Shown here: positions 56,830 to 64,000 of the stretch, piece by piece
How the letters are laid out: each line of letters opens with the position of its first letter
Numbering within the stretch: the stretch's first letter is position 1
From: a virus
DNA: 64,000 nucleotides
Strand: one strand, 5' to 3'
IMG/VR virus record: IMGVR_UViG_3300009082_000016
Span: 32,001 to 96,000 of that record
Notes under the pieces: model-generated
What the model was told of the DNA's origin: nothing
Databases searched by the model: none
Seen by the model: the letters and a program-made list of their open reading frames with translations, nothing else
Program-made: the position numbers and the translations under genes

Positions 56830-57210
56830 CTAGAGGCTGGCGCCCGAGAGCATGTCGGTCACCTCGGCCGGCAGGCCGGCGTGGCGGCCGACCTCCAAAA
56901 GGAAGTCGGGGTCCACGCCCTCGAAGAGGGCGTGGATCTTGTCGAGGCGGGGAGCCGAGAACGGGGCGGGCGGCCTCGGCCGCTGCCAGCCGCCCTCGAC
57001 GGCCCGCTTGTCGTCGAGGTTGTAGTACGCCACGTCCCGGGCGTGCTTGGCGGCGGCGATGACCGCCTTTGAGAAGAGCTTCATGCCCTCCTCGACGCGG
57101 TCGGCGTTGTCACGGGCCGACTCGATGGTCCGGAGGGCCAGCTTCTGGCCCTCCTCGGTGTCCCAGCGGACGACGGCGGTGGTGGGGGTGGGGGTGTTCT
57201 TGTTGGCCAT
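56830..57210 (-). CDS. Hypothetical protein
   Basis: Strong GC3 bias; ATG after AGGTGA. Confidence 0.7.
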   Translation of the reverse strand: MANKNTPTPTTAVVRWDTEEGQKLALRTIESARDNADRVEEGMKLFSKAVIAAAKHARDVAYYNLDDKRAVEGGWQRPRPPAPFSAPRLDKIHALFEGVDPDFLLEVGRHAGLPAEVTDMLSGASL

Positions 57211-57266
57211 GGTACTCTCACCTGCCACGGTGACGCGCCCAGAAATCGGGCTATGTCCACCGCGCA

Positions 57267-57334
57267 TGGCCCACGTCAGCGGCATCGAACCGCCACGCCT
57301 CCGCTTCACGAAGGCGCCCGGACTCGGTACGTGG
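57267..57334 (-). tRNA. Degenerate tRNA-like RNA (GAA anticodon-like loop, reduced D-arm, encoded CCA)
   Basis: CCACGT/ACGTGG-G-CCA; T-arm GGCGG-TTCGATG-CCGCT; CGCCTTC-GTGAAGC-GGAGGCG. Confidence 0.5.
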
Positions 57335-57349
57335 ATTGGATGGGAACGA

Positions 57350-57547
57350 TCAGCCCTTCGCGGGCGGAGCGTGGTCGCAGCCCCAGCAGTCGCTGGACGG
57401 GTAGCAGCCCCAGGGGCATGAGGGGCCGGCGGGCTCGGGGTAGAAACGGGCTTCGTCAGCCCGCTCCATCTCCTCCTTCTCCGCCAACTCCTGCTCTTCC
57501 GCCTGGTCGGCGGCGAGCTGATCGAGGCACTCTCGGCAGACGCACAT
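57350..57547 (-). CDS. Small Cys-rich protein
   Basis: SD GGAGGTGA; TGATG overlap. Confidence 0.65.
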   Translation of the reverse strand: MCVCRECLDQLAADQAEEQELAEKEEMERADEARFYPEPAGPSCPWGCYPSSDCWGCDHAPPAKG

Positions 57548-57813
57548 CAGTTCACCTCCTCGGGCCGGCGCACGGGAGAGACGATGTCGGGCGGGTTGAG
57601 GGCGGCGGCGAGAGAAGCATTCTCAACCATCACGAGCTGCGCCTTCAGCTCCTGCTCGACCTTCTCGAGCTCGAGAAGCCGCTTGTAGCCCAGACTTTGC
57701 TGCTCGAGCGTGAGCCGACCCGCAAGGCGCTTGAGCAAGGTCTCGAGACTGTCGATCGCCCCACGGGCAGAACGGATCCGTACCCGGAGGATGTCCTTCG
57801 TGGAATACATCAC
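57547..57813 (-). CDS. Coiled-coil hypothetical protein
   Basis: Overlaps both neighbouring genes. Confidence 0.65.
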   Translation of the reverse strand: MMYSTKDILRVRIRSARGAIDSLETLLKRLAGRLTLEQQSLGYKRLLELEKVEQELKAQLVMVENASLAAALNPPDIVSPVRRPEEVN

Positions 57814-58262
57814 AGCACCTTCCAGCCGAAGGCTCGCGCCCGGCCAATCTGGTCGTCCGTAGACCAGTGTGTCAGGAGCGTTAGGATGGGACGACCATCG
57901 TCGTGGTCGAAGATGCCGACGACATGGCTTGCCGGTTCACCACCGACCAGCCGCTTTGCCTCGTACTCACGAAGCTTGGCCACGATGGCCTGCGAGTACG
58001 AGCCGGGGTGCTGGTCGAGCACCACGCAGATCTGGACCTCGAGCCCGTGGTCGTTCCAGCAGTCGAAGAACGGGGCCAGGAACTCGACCCCGCCGATCTC
58101 CTCGATGGTCTCGAGCGTCTCCTTCGCCCAGGACCTGGACGGATCGCCCTTTCGGGCCCAGTTCTCCAAGGCCTTCCGGATGCCGTCGGCGTCCGTCTTG
58201 CCCTGGGCGTCGGGCTCCCGGGGGACGGGAGCGGGAGGGGGGACGAGCTGCAGGTGCGCCAT
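57810..58262 (-). CDS. Hypothetical protein
   Basis: SD AAGGAG. Confidence 0.7.
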   Translation of the reverse strand: MAHLQLVPPPAPVPREPDAQGKTDADGIRKALENWARKGDPSRSWAKETLETIEEIGGVEFLAPFFDCWNDHGLEVQICVVLDQHPGSYSQAIVAKLREYEAKRLVGGEPASHVVGIFDHDDGRPILTLLTHWSTDDQIGRARAFGWKVL

Positions 58263-58277
58263 GGCGTAGCTCCTTCA

Positions 58278-58351
58278 CCAACAGGGGAAAGGGAGCAGCA
58301 ATCCCCTCCTGTTGGCATAGTTCTTATGCCCGTTCGAGCGGTCTTTTTTGC
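58278..58351 (-). promoter_or_regulatory. AT-rich putative early promoter (AAAAAAG-N14-CATAAG) followed by a 5' hairpin
   Basis: Shares architecture with 44793-44870. Confidence 0.45.
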
Positions 58352-58420
58352 AGCTATTTTGGCTGAAAAAGACGAGGCTGCCGCCGACGTCGGATGAGCC
58401 TTCCCCCAGGAGCCTCCGGG

Positions 58421-58651
58421 CTACGCGGCAGCGGCTTCGAGCGTCTCCATCCGGTTCCGGACCTGCCGGTACCGGCGGCTCAGCTCCTTCCGCTCCGCGT
58501 TGAGCCGCTCCAGCTCCCCATCAATCTCGCCCATGGGGGCGACGTTGATGACGTCGTGAGCCAGGTCGATGATCCGCAGGAATCCCTGCCGGATCTCTTC
58601 CAGCTCACCACCCAGCCGTCGCAGCTCGCTCTGTCGCTCCATGGTGCCCAC
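58421..58651 (-). CDS. Small coiled-coil protein
   Basis: SD AGGAGG. Confidence 0.7.
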   Translation of the reverse strand: MGTMERQSELRRLGGELEEIRQGFLRIIDLAHDVINVAPMGEIDGELERLNAERKELSRRYRQVRNRMETLEAAAA

Positions 58652-58669
58652 GGCACCCTCCTAATGTTC

Positions 58670-58697
58670 AGTGTACGTGCGAGTGGGAGGATGTCAA
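58670..58697 (-). promoter_or_regulatory. Sigma-70-type promoter TTGACA-16-TACACT
   Basis: Near-consensus elements directly upstream of the SD. Confidence 0.6.
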
Positions 58698-58710
58698 CTG
58701 GAACGTGCAG

Positions 58711-59094
58711 TTAGGTGGCAGGCTCTTCGGAGGCGGGTTCATCCTTCGCCCCCTTCCCCTTCTTCTTGCCTGCCTTTTCGGCCGGCTCGGGAAGGGGGGT
58801 CACAACAGCCTCCGACTTCTTGACCGCGGGCTTCACGACCGACCACCCGCTGAGCTCGTGCTGGGCGTGCTCCAGGAAGGCGATCAGCGCCTCGATGTCG
58901 TTGAGCACCTCCTGGATGATGTTCGGGTCGGCTGCCTCCTGAAGATGCTCCTTCACGTGGAAGGAGATGTCGCTCCAGACGGCGTGCGCGTTCTTCAGGC
59001 GGTCGAGCGCGTTGAGCACCGACTGGATGTCCTTGGCTTCGGCCGCCGTCTGCTGCAGGCGCCGAATGTGCTCGAAGTAGATGTTGGGTTGCAT
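58711..59094 (-). CDS. Hypothetical protein
   Basis: Operon packing. Confidence 0.7.
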   Translation of the reverse strand: MQPNIYFEHIRRLQQTAAEAKDIQSVLNALDRLKNAHAVWSDISFHVKEHLQEAADPNIIQEVLNDIEALIAFLEHAQHELSGWSVVKPAVKKSEAVVTPLPEPAEKAGKKKGKGAKDEPASEEPAT

Positions 59095-59097
59095 GTC

Positions 59098-59682
59098 CTA
59101 CTCCTCCCGGGTCGCCTTGCGCGTCCGGGCCTTCACCTGATCGAACGACAACCGCTCGGGGCCGAAACCCAGCACGCGCTTCTCGTAGGTGTACATGTAC
59201 TTGGGGATGAGAAGCAACCGCTCGGCGAACAGGTAGCCGTAGTGCGTCAGCCGCCACATCCCCTTCATCTCCTCGCTCGGCTCGGCCTCCCGGGACTGCG
59301 GCTCGATCAGCTTCCAGGCCCAGTTGCACGATCCGCCGAGACGCGCCCGCAGCTTCTGCTTCTCCGTCAAGCCCGGCAAGGTCATCACGTAGTCGGGCAG
59401 GTTGACCCATGCGTACTCGGACGCACCGCTCTTGTCGTGGTCATCGTGCAGGCCTTCGCAGATGGAGGCGAAGTTCCAACGGGCGCCGTTGCGCTGGATG
59501 GAGACGGAGCCGTCGATCACGCGCAGGGCAGCTTTGCCCTTCTCGATCAGCGCGTCGTTGATCTCCGCCCGGATGGCGTTGACCTCGGGCGTCTCGAACG
59601 GGTTGGGAGCGACCAGCGTGAGAGTCCGCATCTTGGGCTCCCACAGGGGGAACAGGTCCGCCGGCTCCGGCTCGAAAGTCAC
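59098..59682 (-). CDS. Hypothetical protein, possible winged-helix C-terminus
   Basis: SD GGAGG; WKLIE...GMWRLTHYG. Confidence 0.65.
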   Translation of the reverse strand: MTFEPEPADLFPLWEPKMRTLTLVAPNPFETPEVNAIRAEINDALIEKGKAALRVIDGSVSIQRNGARWNFASICEGLHDDHDKSGASEYAWVNLPDYVMTLPGLTEKQKLRARLGGSCNWAWKLIEPQSREAEPSEEMKGMWRLTHYGYLFAERLLLIPKYMYTYEKRVLGFGPERLSFDQVKARTRKATREE

Positions 59683-59719
59683 GGCGCCTCCCGCTTGCAG
59701 CCCTGGCACCTGTCGGCCA

Positions 59720-59980
59720 TCAGTTCTTCTCCCTGCTCCCCTTACTGGGGAAGCCCGCCACCTCCGGCTTCAACACGATCTCGTACGCGATGTTGTTCGG
59801 ATCTCCGGTCTCCTTGAACTCGATCGACTCGCACTTCAGGCGGCGGAACGGACTGGGCGCCTGGTCGACCATCTCCGCCTCTCCGTAGTGGCCGCAGTCG
59901 GAGCAGGAGACGTGCTTCGCCGTGCCCATCACCCACAGGACATGGCCGGAGCCGCACGCCGGGCAGGTGGGGTACTTCAC
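59720..59980 (-). CDS. Zinc-ribbon protein
   Basis: CPACGS...CSDCG. Confidence 0.7.
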   Translation of the reverse strand: MKYPTCPACGSGHVLWVMGTAKHVSCSDCGHYGEAEMVDQAPSPFRRLKCESIEFKETGDPNNIAYEIVLKPEVAGFPSKGSREKN

Positions 59981-60228
59981 CGGCCCTTGCCCCACTTCCT
60001 AATCGTGTTGACGCTCATCAGGTAGAGACCCCGGTCCACGCTCAGCACCACCCGCTCCCCCTTCGAGTTGATGGTGACGAGCTCGTACTGGATCTCGCCC
60101 TTCCCCTTCGGGGTGATCCGGAAACGGCCGGGGTTGTCCGGGTCCGGGATCGACTCGTGCTCGACCCACGCCCGGGCTTCGACGATCGGCCCCAACGAGC
60201 CCTCGTCCGGTTTCCCGCTGATGATCAT
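59977..60228 (-). CDS. Hypothetical protein
   Basis: 4-nt overlaps with neighbours. Confidence 0.7.
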   Translation of the reverse strand: MIISGKPDEGSLGPIVEARAWVEHESIPDPDNPGRFRITPKGKGEIQYELVTINSKGERVVLSVDRGLYLMSVNTIRKWGKGR

Positions 60229-60572
60229 CCCTTCTTCTCCAGCTTGTCGATCTCCAGACTCACCACCTTCTCCGGCTCATCGAGCGACTTCTCCAGCTCT
60301 GCGCCAACCTCCTGCAAGTAGCCGGCCAGACGGCGCAGGCGGAGCAGACCGCGCCGCGCTTCGTAGAAGCTCCCACTGGCCGGCACCAGGTACCCGTCCC
60401 GGATGATGGAGATCACCGTGTCGAGATCGAACTCGAACGGGACTTCGCTGTAGCCGAGGTAGCCCTCCATCAGAGCGTACAGCTCGGGGCTGAGTGGGTC
60501 ACGCTCGCCCTGCGCGTTCGCCCGCCAGCTGACCAGCTTCTGAACGAACGCGAATGCCTGCTCACGGGTCAC
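60225..60572 (-). CDS. Hypothetical protein
   Basis: GTGA overlap. Confidence 0.65.
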   Translation of the reverse strand: MTREQAFAFVQKLVSWRANAQGERDPLSPELYALMEGYLGYSEVPFEFDLDTVISIIRDGYLVPASGSFYEARRGLLRLRRLAGYLQEVGAELEKSLDEPEKVVSLEIDKLEKKG

Positions 60573-60793
60573 AGGCCTTCCCCCTCGCGGAACTTCCACT
60601 GCTCGTCTTCGTAGTACCACTCCAGCCAGCGGCCGGAGTCCAGGAAGAAGATCGTCACCCGCTCGTCGTCGACCGGCTCTTTCAGCTTCCGCATGGTGCC
60701 GGCCTCGGTGATCGCAACATCGAAATCGATCACGTCCTTGGAGGCGTGCGGGGTATCCGAGAACGGGTGCCACCGGGTCACGTTGAAGTTCAT
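60569..60793 (-). CDS. Hypothetical protein
   Basis: Operon packing. Confidence 0.65.
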   Translation of the reverse strand: MNFNVTRWHPFSDTPHASKDVIDFDVAITEAGTMRKLKEPVDDERVTIFFLDSGRWLEWYYEDEQWKFREGEGL

Positions 60794-60797
60794 CGCC

Positions 60798-61163
60798 CTA
60801 CTCCCGAATCCACTGCCGGGCGATCTCGCAGAGGGCGATGAACACGGCGTCCTTGTCCCGCTCCAGCTCGCCGAGGTCGGCGTACGGCACGAGGTCCGGG
60901 TGGACCTTCTTCTCCCGGTCGTACTTCTCGCCGTACACCCAGCCCATTGCGAAGTACGACTGCATCCAGCTGCCGTGCAGCTCTTCGGGCGACTTCGACC
61001 GCTGCTCGCCGCACTGCCGCTCGATGACCTTGATGAACTGGTCCTTGAACGGCTGCTCCCGGTCCCGCCAAGCCGACGGGATGACGGGAGCGTGCGCTGC
61101 GATTGCCGCCAGCCGGGCCGCCTCGTAGACGAAGATCGCCCGCTCGACCATCACGTCGCCCAT
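60798..61163 (-). CDS. RyR-domain protein
   Basis: HGSWM...GWVYG...KKVHPDLVPYADL...DKD. Confidence 0.85.
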   Translation of the reverse strand: MGDVMVERAIFVYEAARLAAIAAHAPVIPSAWRDREQPFKDQFIKVIERQCGEQRSKSPEELHGSWMQSYFAMGWVYGEKYDREKKVHPDLVPYADLGELERDKDAVFIALCEIARQWIRE

Positions 61164-61166
61164 CGA

Positions 61167-61601
61167 CTAATCCTTCCCCATCAGCCAAAGGATGGCCATG
61201 GGGTCCTTGCACTTCACGGAGAGGTAGGAGGAGTAGACCAAGCCGCTCCGCAGGTGCTTCTTGGCAAACTCCATCAGCTTCCTCCGGGCCACGGTACCCC
61301 CGAAGTGGCCCCGCTTCAGGCAGTCAACCGAGCAGAAGTTGAGGGAGATGCCCGTGGGGATGTTGCCGAGCCGCTTGACCATGGCCTCCATCTTCTTCGT
61401 GCTTTGCTTGAGCTTCCTCAACACCTCCTTGGTGTCCTTGGAGCTAATGAGGTAGATGGTCTCACAGTGAGGACGCTCAGCCACGACGTGGAGGGAGACC
61501 GAGAGATCCGGGTCCCACTTGAACTCCCGGCCGCAACCGTCGCACTTCGGATTCTCCGTGAGCGTCTTCTTGTTCTCCGGCTTCTTGCTCTTCACGGTCA
61601 T
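61167..61601 (-). CDS. Hypothetical protein with CxxC motifs
   Basis: CDGCG...FCSVDCL. Confidence 0.65.
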   Translation of the reverse strand: MTVKSKKPENKKTLTENPKCDGCGREFKWDPDLSVSLHVVAERPHCETIYLISSKDTKEVLRKLKQSTKKMEAMVKRLGNIPTGISLNFCSVDCLKRGHFGGTVARRKLMEFAKKHLRSGLVYSSYLSVKCKDPMAILWLMGKD

Positions 61602-61604
61602 CGG

Positions 61605-62177
61605 CTACTCCCCCTTCACCCCGAAGAACTCGCCCAGCCGGCTGAGCACGTCCTTCAGATCCACGATGACCTCCTGCACCGACTCGTCGATCTCGATCTC
61701 CTGCGCCGGCGGCGTGCCCATGCCCTGCGCCTGCGCCAGCAGGGCGAGCTGCTGGAAGCGGGGCGCCAACGACTGGAAGCGGGGCGCCAACGACAGCTTC
61801 GCCTTCACCCGCTGGGTGGCATCGATCATGTAGCCGCCCTTGAGCCGGCTCACGACCGCCAGCCGCTTGTTGCTGTTGTCGAGATTGCCGATGATGCGGC
61901 TCGACGCGAACGGCTCCCGGGACTCGAACTCGCTCAGCAGGTGCGCCAGCATGTTCAGCATCTCGACGCCGCTGCGGGCGACGAACTTGCAGAACCGTAC
62001 GGTAGGTCCTTCGACCATCGGCACCGTCTCGGCGTCGGGCGTCGTCTGCACCACGCCCATCGGCTGCGGCGCTCCCGGCATCTCGACGTCGATCACCCAG
62101 CCGTTCTCGACCTCGCGCACCAGCAGCGTGGTGCTTGGCCCCATGTCCGATCCGATCCCTCTCATCATGGCTCGCAT
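61605..62177 (-). CDS. Hypothetical protein
   Basis: SD GGAGG. Confidence 0.7.
   Translation of the reverse strand: MRAMMRGIGSDMGPSTTLLVREVENGWVIDVEMPGAPQPMGVVQTTPDAETVPMVEGPTVRFCKFVARSGVEMLNMLAHLLSEFESREPFASSRIIGNLDNSNKRLAVVSRLKGGYMIDATQRVKAKLSLAPRFQSLAPRFQQLALLAQAQGMGTPPAQEIEIDESVQEVIVDLKDVLSRLGEFFGVKGE
61752..61793. repeat. Perfect 21-nt tandem duplication (SLAPRFQ x2)
   Basis: ctggaagcggggcgccaacga occurs twice in a row. Confidence 0.95.
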
Positions 62178-62193
62178 GTTCCTTCCTCCCTTC

Positions 62194-63102
62194 CTACTTC
62201 CAGAGCTCCGGGACGATGATCTGCTGCATCGCCTTGTTGATCGCCTCGGCCACCTTCTGGTAACGGGACGTGTACGGCTTCTCCGCCTTCTTGGCCTTCC
62301 CCACGCCCCACCGACCGAAGCTCGTGTTGGCGAACAGCTTGGCCAGCCGTCTCAGGTGATCCAGATTCTCCAGCGGAATGAAGAAGCCACGGGCGGCGGT
62401 GTCCAGCAGCTGCTCAGCCTTCCGCGGACTGTTCTGCCACATCCCCCAGAACAAGGCCCTGGCCGCCGCCACCGAGGGGTTCACCATGTTCGTGTCGTCG
62501 TCCCAGCCGTCGGGGTACAGGTAGGTGCCGATGGTGGCTCCGCCCATCATCGGCCGCTTGAAGGTGATCTCCTTCCTGAGCTCCTCGCGGAAGAAGTCGA
62601 TCTGCACCTTCTGGGCGATGGGGTTCTCACCGAGCTTGGAGAAGAGCAGGGCGATGGCCTTCGCCTTCTCCCAGTTCTTGCCGACCTTGGGGCACTGACC
62701 GTTGGGCGGGGTGCAGACGTCGCGCAGGGAGAAGAAGTCGATGACCTTCTTGTTGTCCCCGAGGTAGAGAACCCCATTCGTGGAGTCGACATTCAGGCCG
62801 GTGAGCTCCTGGAGCGGGTGCCCCAGAAGGTCGAAGTAGGAACCCGCGGGCATCGCGTTCATCGTGGCGTAAAGCAGCTTGTGCAGCCGGCCGCTCGTGA
62901 ACGTCCACTGCAGCAGACCGTAGGTCACCGCCGTGCCGTCGTAGGCGACGAAGGTGTCGTAGTCGCCCCCCTCGGGCTTGGCGATGGCTGCCACGATGAT
63001 GTCGAACCCGGTCGGGTTGGCCGGCAGAACGTACGGGACCGTGCCCTTGATGTACGGGCCCGACCAGCTGCCGAACTTCGCCCACTTCACGATGCTGCCC
63101 AT
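62194..63102 (-). CDS. Lysozyme-fold peptidoglycan hydrolase
   Basis: PEGGDYD...YDG..VTYGLLQWTF.SGRL..LL. Confidence 0.6.
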   Translation of the reverse strand: MGSIVKWAKFGSWSGPYIKGTVPYVLPANPTGFDIIVAAIAKPEGGDYDTFVAYDGTAVTYGLLQWTFTSGRLHKLLYATMNAMPAGSYFDLLGHPLQELTGLNVDSTNGVLYLGDNKKVIDFFSLRDVCTPPNGQCPKVGKNWEKAKAIALLFSKLGENPIAQKVQIDFFREELRKEITFKRPMMGGATIGTYLYPDGWDDDTNMVNPSVAAARALFWGMWQNSPRKAEQLLDTAARGFFIPLENLDHLRRLAKLFANTSFGRWGVGKAKKAEKPYTSRYQKVAEAINKAMQQIIVPELWK

Positions 63103-63150
63103 CTCACACCTCCAACACGGGCCCCAGATCCTGGGGCGCTGTGTTCACGC

Positions 63151-63771
63151 TCAGTTCCCCTTGTTCCAGCCGGAGGCGGTCGAGCCGGAGCGCATGCTCC
63201 GCACCGCGCAGGACGAACTGGCGATGCCCTTCGAGAGGCTGACACCGTCATGGGCGAAGCTCAACACCTGCGCGTTCGGATCGATCGCGAGGTTCTGGAG
63301 CGTCATCTGCGCCTCCATGCCGGCGGCGAGGTAGAGGAACTTCCAGGAGTAGACCTGCTCCTGGTTGGCGATCATCCCCTTCAGCTGATCGAGCTGGTAC
63401 TCCCTCGACGCGTTCTCGAAGCCGTCGGTGAGGATGACGAGGATGACCTGCTCCGGCCGCTCGGGCTCGGGCATAGCGGCGAGCTTCACGCCCAGCTCGG
63501 TGATCGTCTTGCCGACGGCGTCGTACAGCGCCGTGGTCCCCCGCGGGAGGTACGTCTTGTCGTCGAGGGGCTTCACGTCCTTGACCGGGACGTCGCGGAA
63601 GATGACCTGGTACTCGTGGTCGAACTGGACGAGCGTCATCGCCGCCTCGCCCGGCGCCTTCTTCTGGTCGTCGACGAACGCGTTGAAGCCCCCGATGGCC
63701 TCCTTGACCATGGCCTCCATCGAGCCGGAGCGATCGAGCACGAACACGATGTGGCACGAGTTCTTCTTCAC
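63151..63771 (-). CDS. vWA-domain protein
   Basis: MIDAS motif DRSGSM, GTTALYDA, LTDGFEN. Confidence 0.92.
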   Translation of the reverse strand: MKKNSCHIVFVLDRSGSMEAMVKEAIGGFNAFVDDQKKAPGEAAMTLVQFDHEYQVIFRDVPVKDVKPLDDKTYLPRGTTALYDAVGKTITELGVKLAAMPEPERPEQVILVILTDGFENASREYQLDQLKGMIANQEQVYSWKFLYLAAGMEAQMTLQNLAIDPNAQVLSFAHDGVSLSKGIASSSCAVRSMRSGSTASGWNKGN

Positions 63772-63776
63772 GACTA

Positions 63777-64000
63777 CTAACCCTCCTTCTTCTCCTCAGG
63801 ATAGAGATTCAACTTCTCGATCGCCTTCACGCTGCCGCAGTACTGGCCGTTGAAATAGCACCTGTCACCGACGACCTCGAACTTGCACTCCGGGATGCAC
63901 GTCGGACCCTCGGCGTCCAGCATGTCCCGTTCCTCCTGCGTGAGCTTCCACCAGAGCTCAGCGCCCTCGGCGATGATGGGGTCCTCGAGACGGGAGCCGA
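63777..64000 (-). CDS. Hypothetical protein, 5'-truncated
   Basis: Open frame from the window end to TAG at 63777. Confidence 0.6.
   Translation of the reverse strand, partial: GSRLEDPIIAEGAELWWKLTQEERDMLDAEGPTCIPECKFEVVGDRCYFNGQYCGSVKAIEKLNLYPEEKKEG

Noticed and set aside
56667-57210. Tail-assembly-chaperone frameshift pair upstream of the tape measure
   Set aside because: The upstream genes are unrelated small ORFs, and the tape measure has its own promoter-like element.
59679-59720. Tiny ORF MADRCQGCKREAP as a frameshifted N-terminus of 59098-59682
   Set aside because: No slippery site is seen, and the downstream GTG has its own SD.

Overview
This is a 64-kb segment of a large, high-GC, contractile-tailed (jumbo-type) bacteriophage genome; no cellular housekeeping context is visible. 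From 1 to 14 kb (+) lies a replication/recombination module: intein-containing PolA, RecA-like recombinase, Cas4-like nuclease, methyltransferase, RNase HI, RusA and a lytic transglycosylase. From 14 to 24 kb are Gly/Ala/Pro-rich proteins punctuated by a recurring K-x-A/G/S motif, a sigma factor, and a pyrophosphatase-like domain that appears reachable only by a -1 frameshift. From 24 to 41 kb and 47 to 57 kb (-) are baseplate, tail and tape-measure genes plus a second sigma factor. From 41 to 45 kb is an RNA island with a full tmRNA, several unexplained structured or pseudoknotted RNAs, a tRNA-like element and a stand-alone KOW protein. From 57 to 64 kb (-) are small early-type genes. The best candidate for an undescribed system is a protease-processed virion cargo/polyprotein system, in which K-x-A motifs bracket a ferritin-like domain, a pyrophosphatase domain and glycine-zipper membrane peptides. 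All family assignments come from motif recognition by eye, not database searches.
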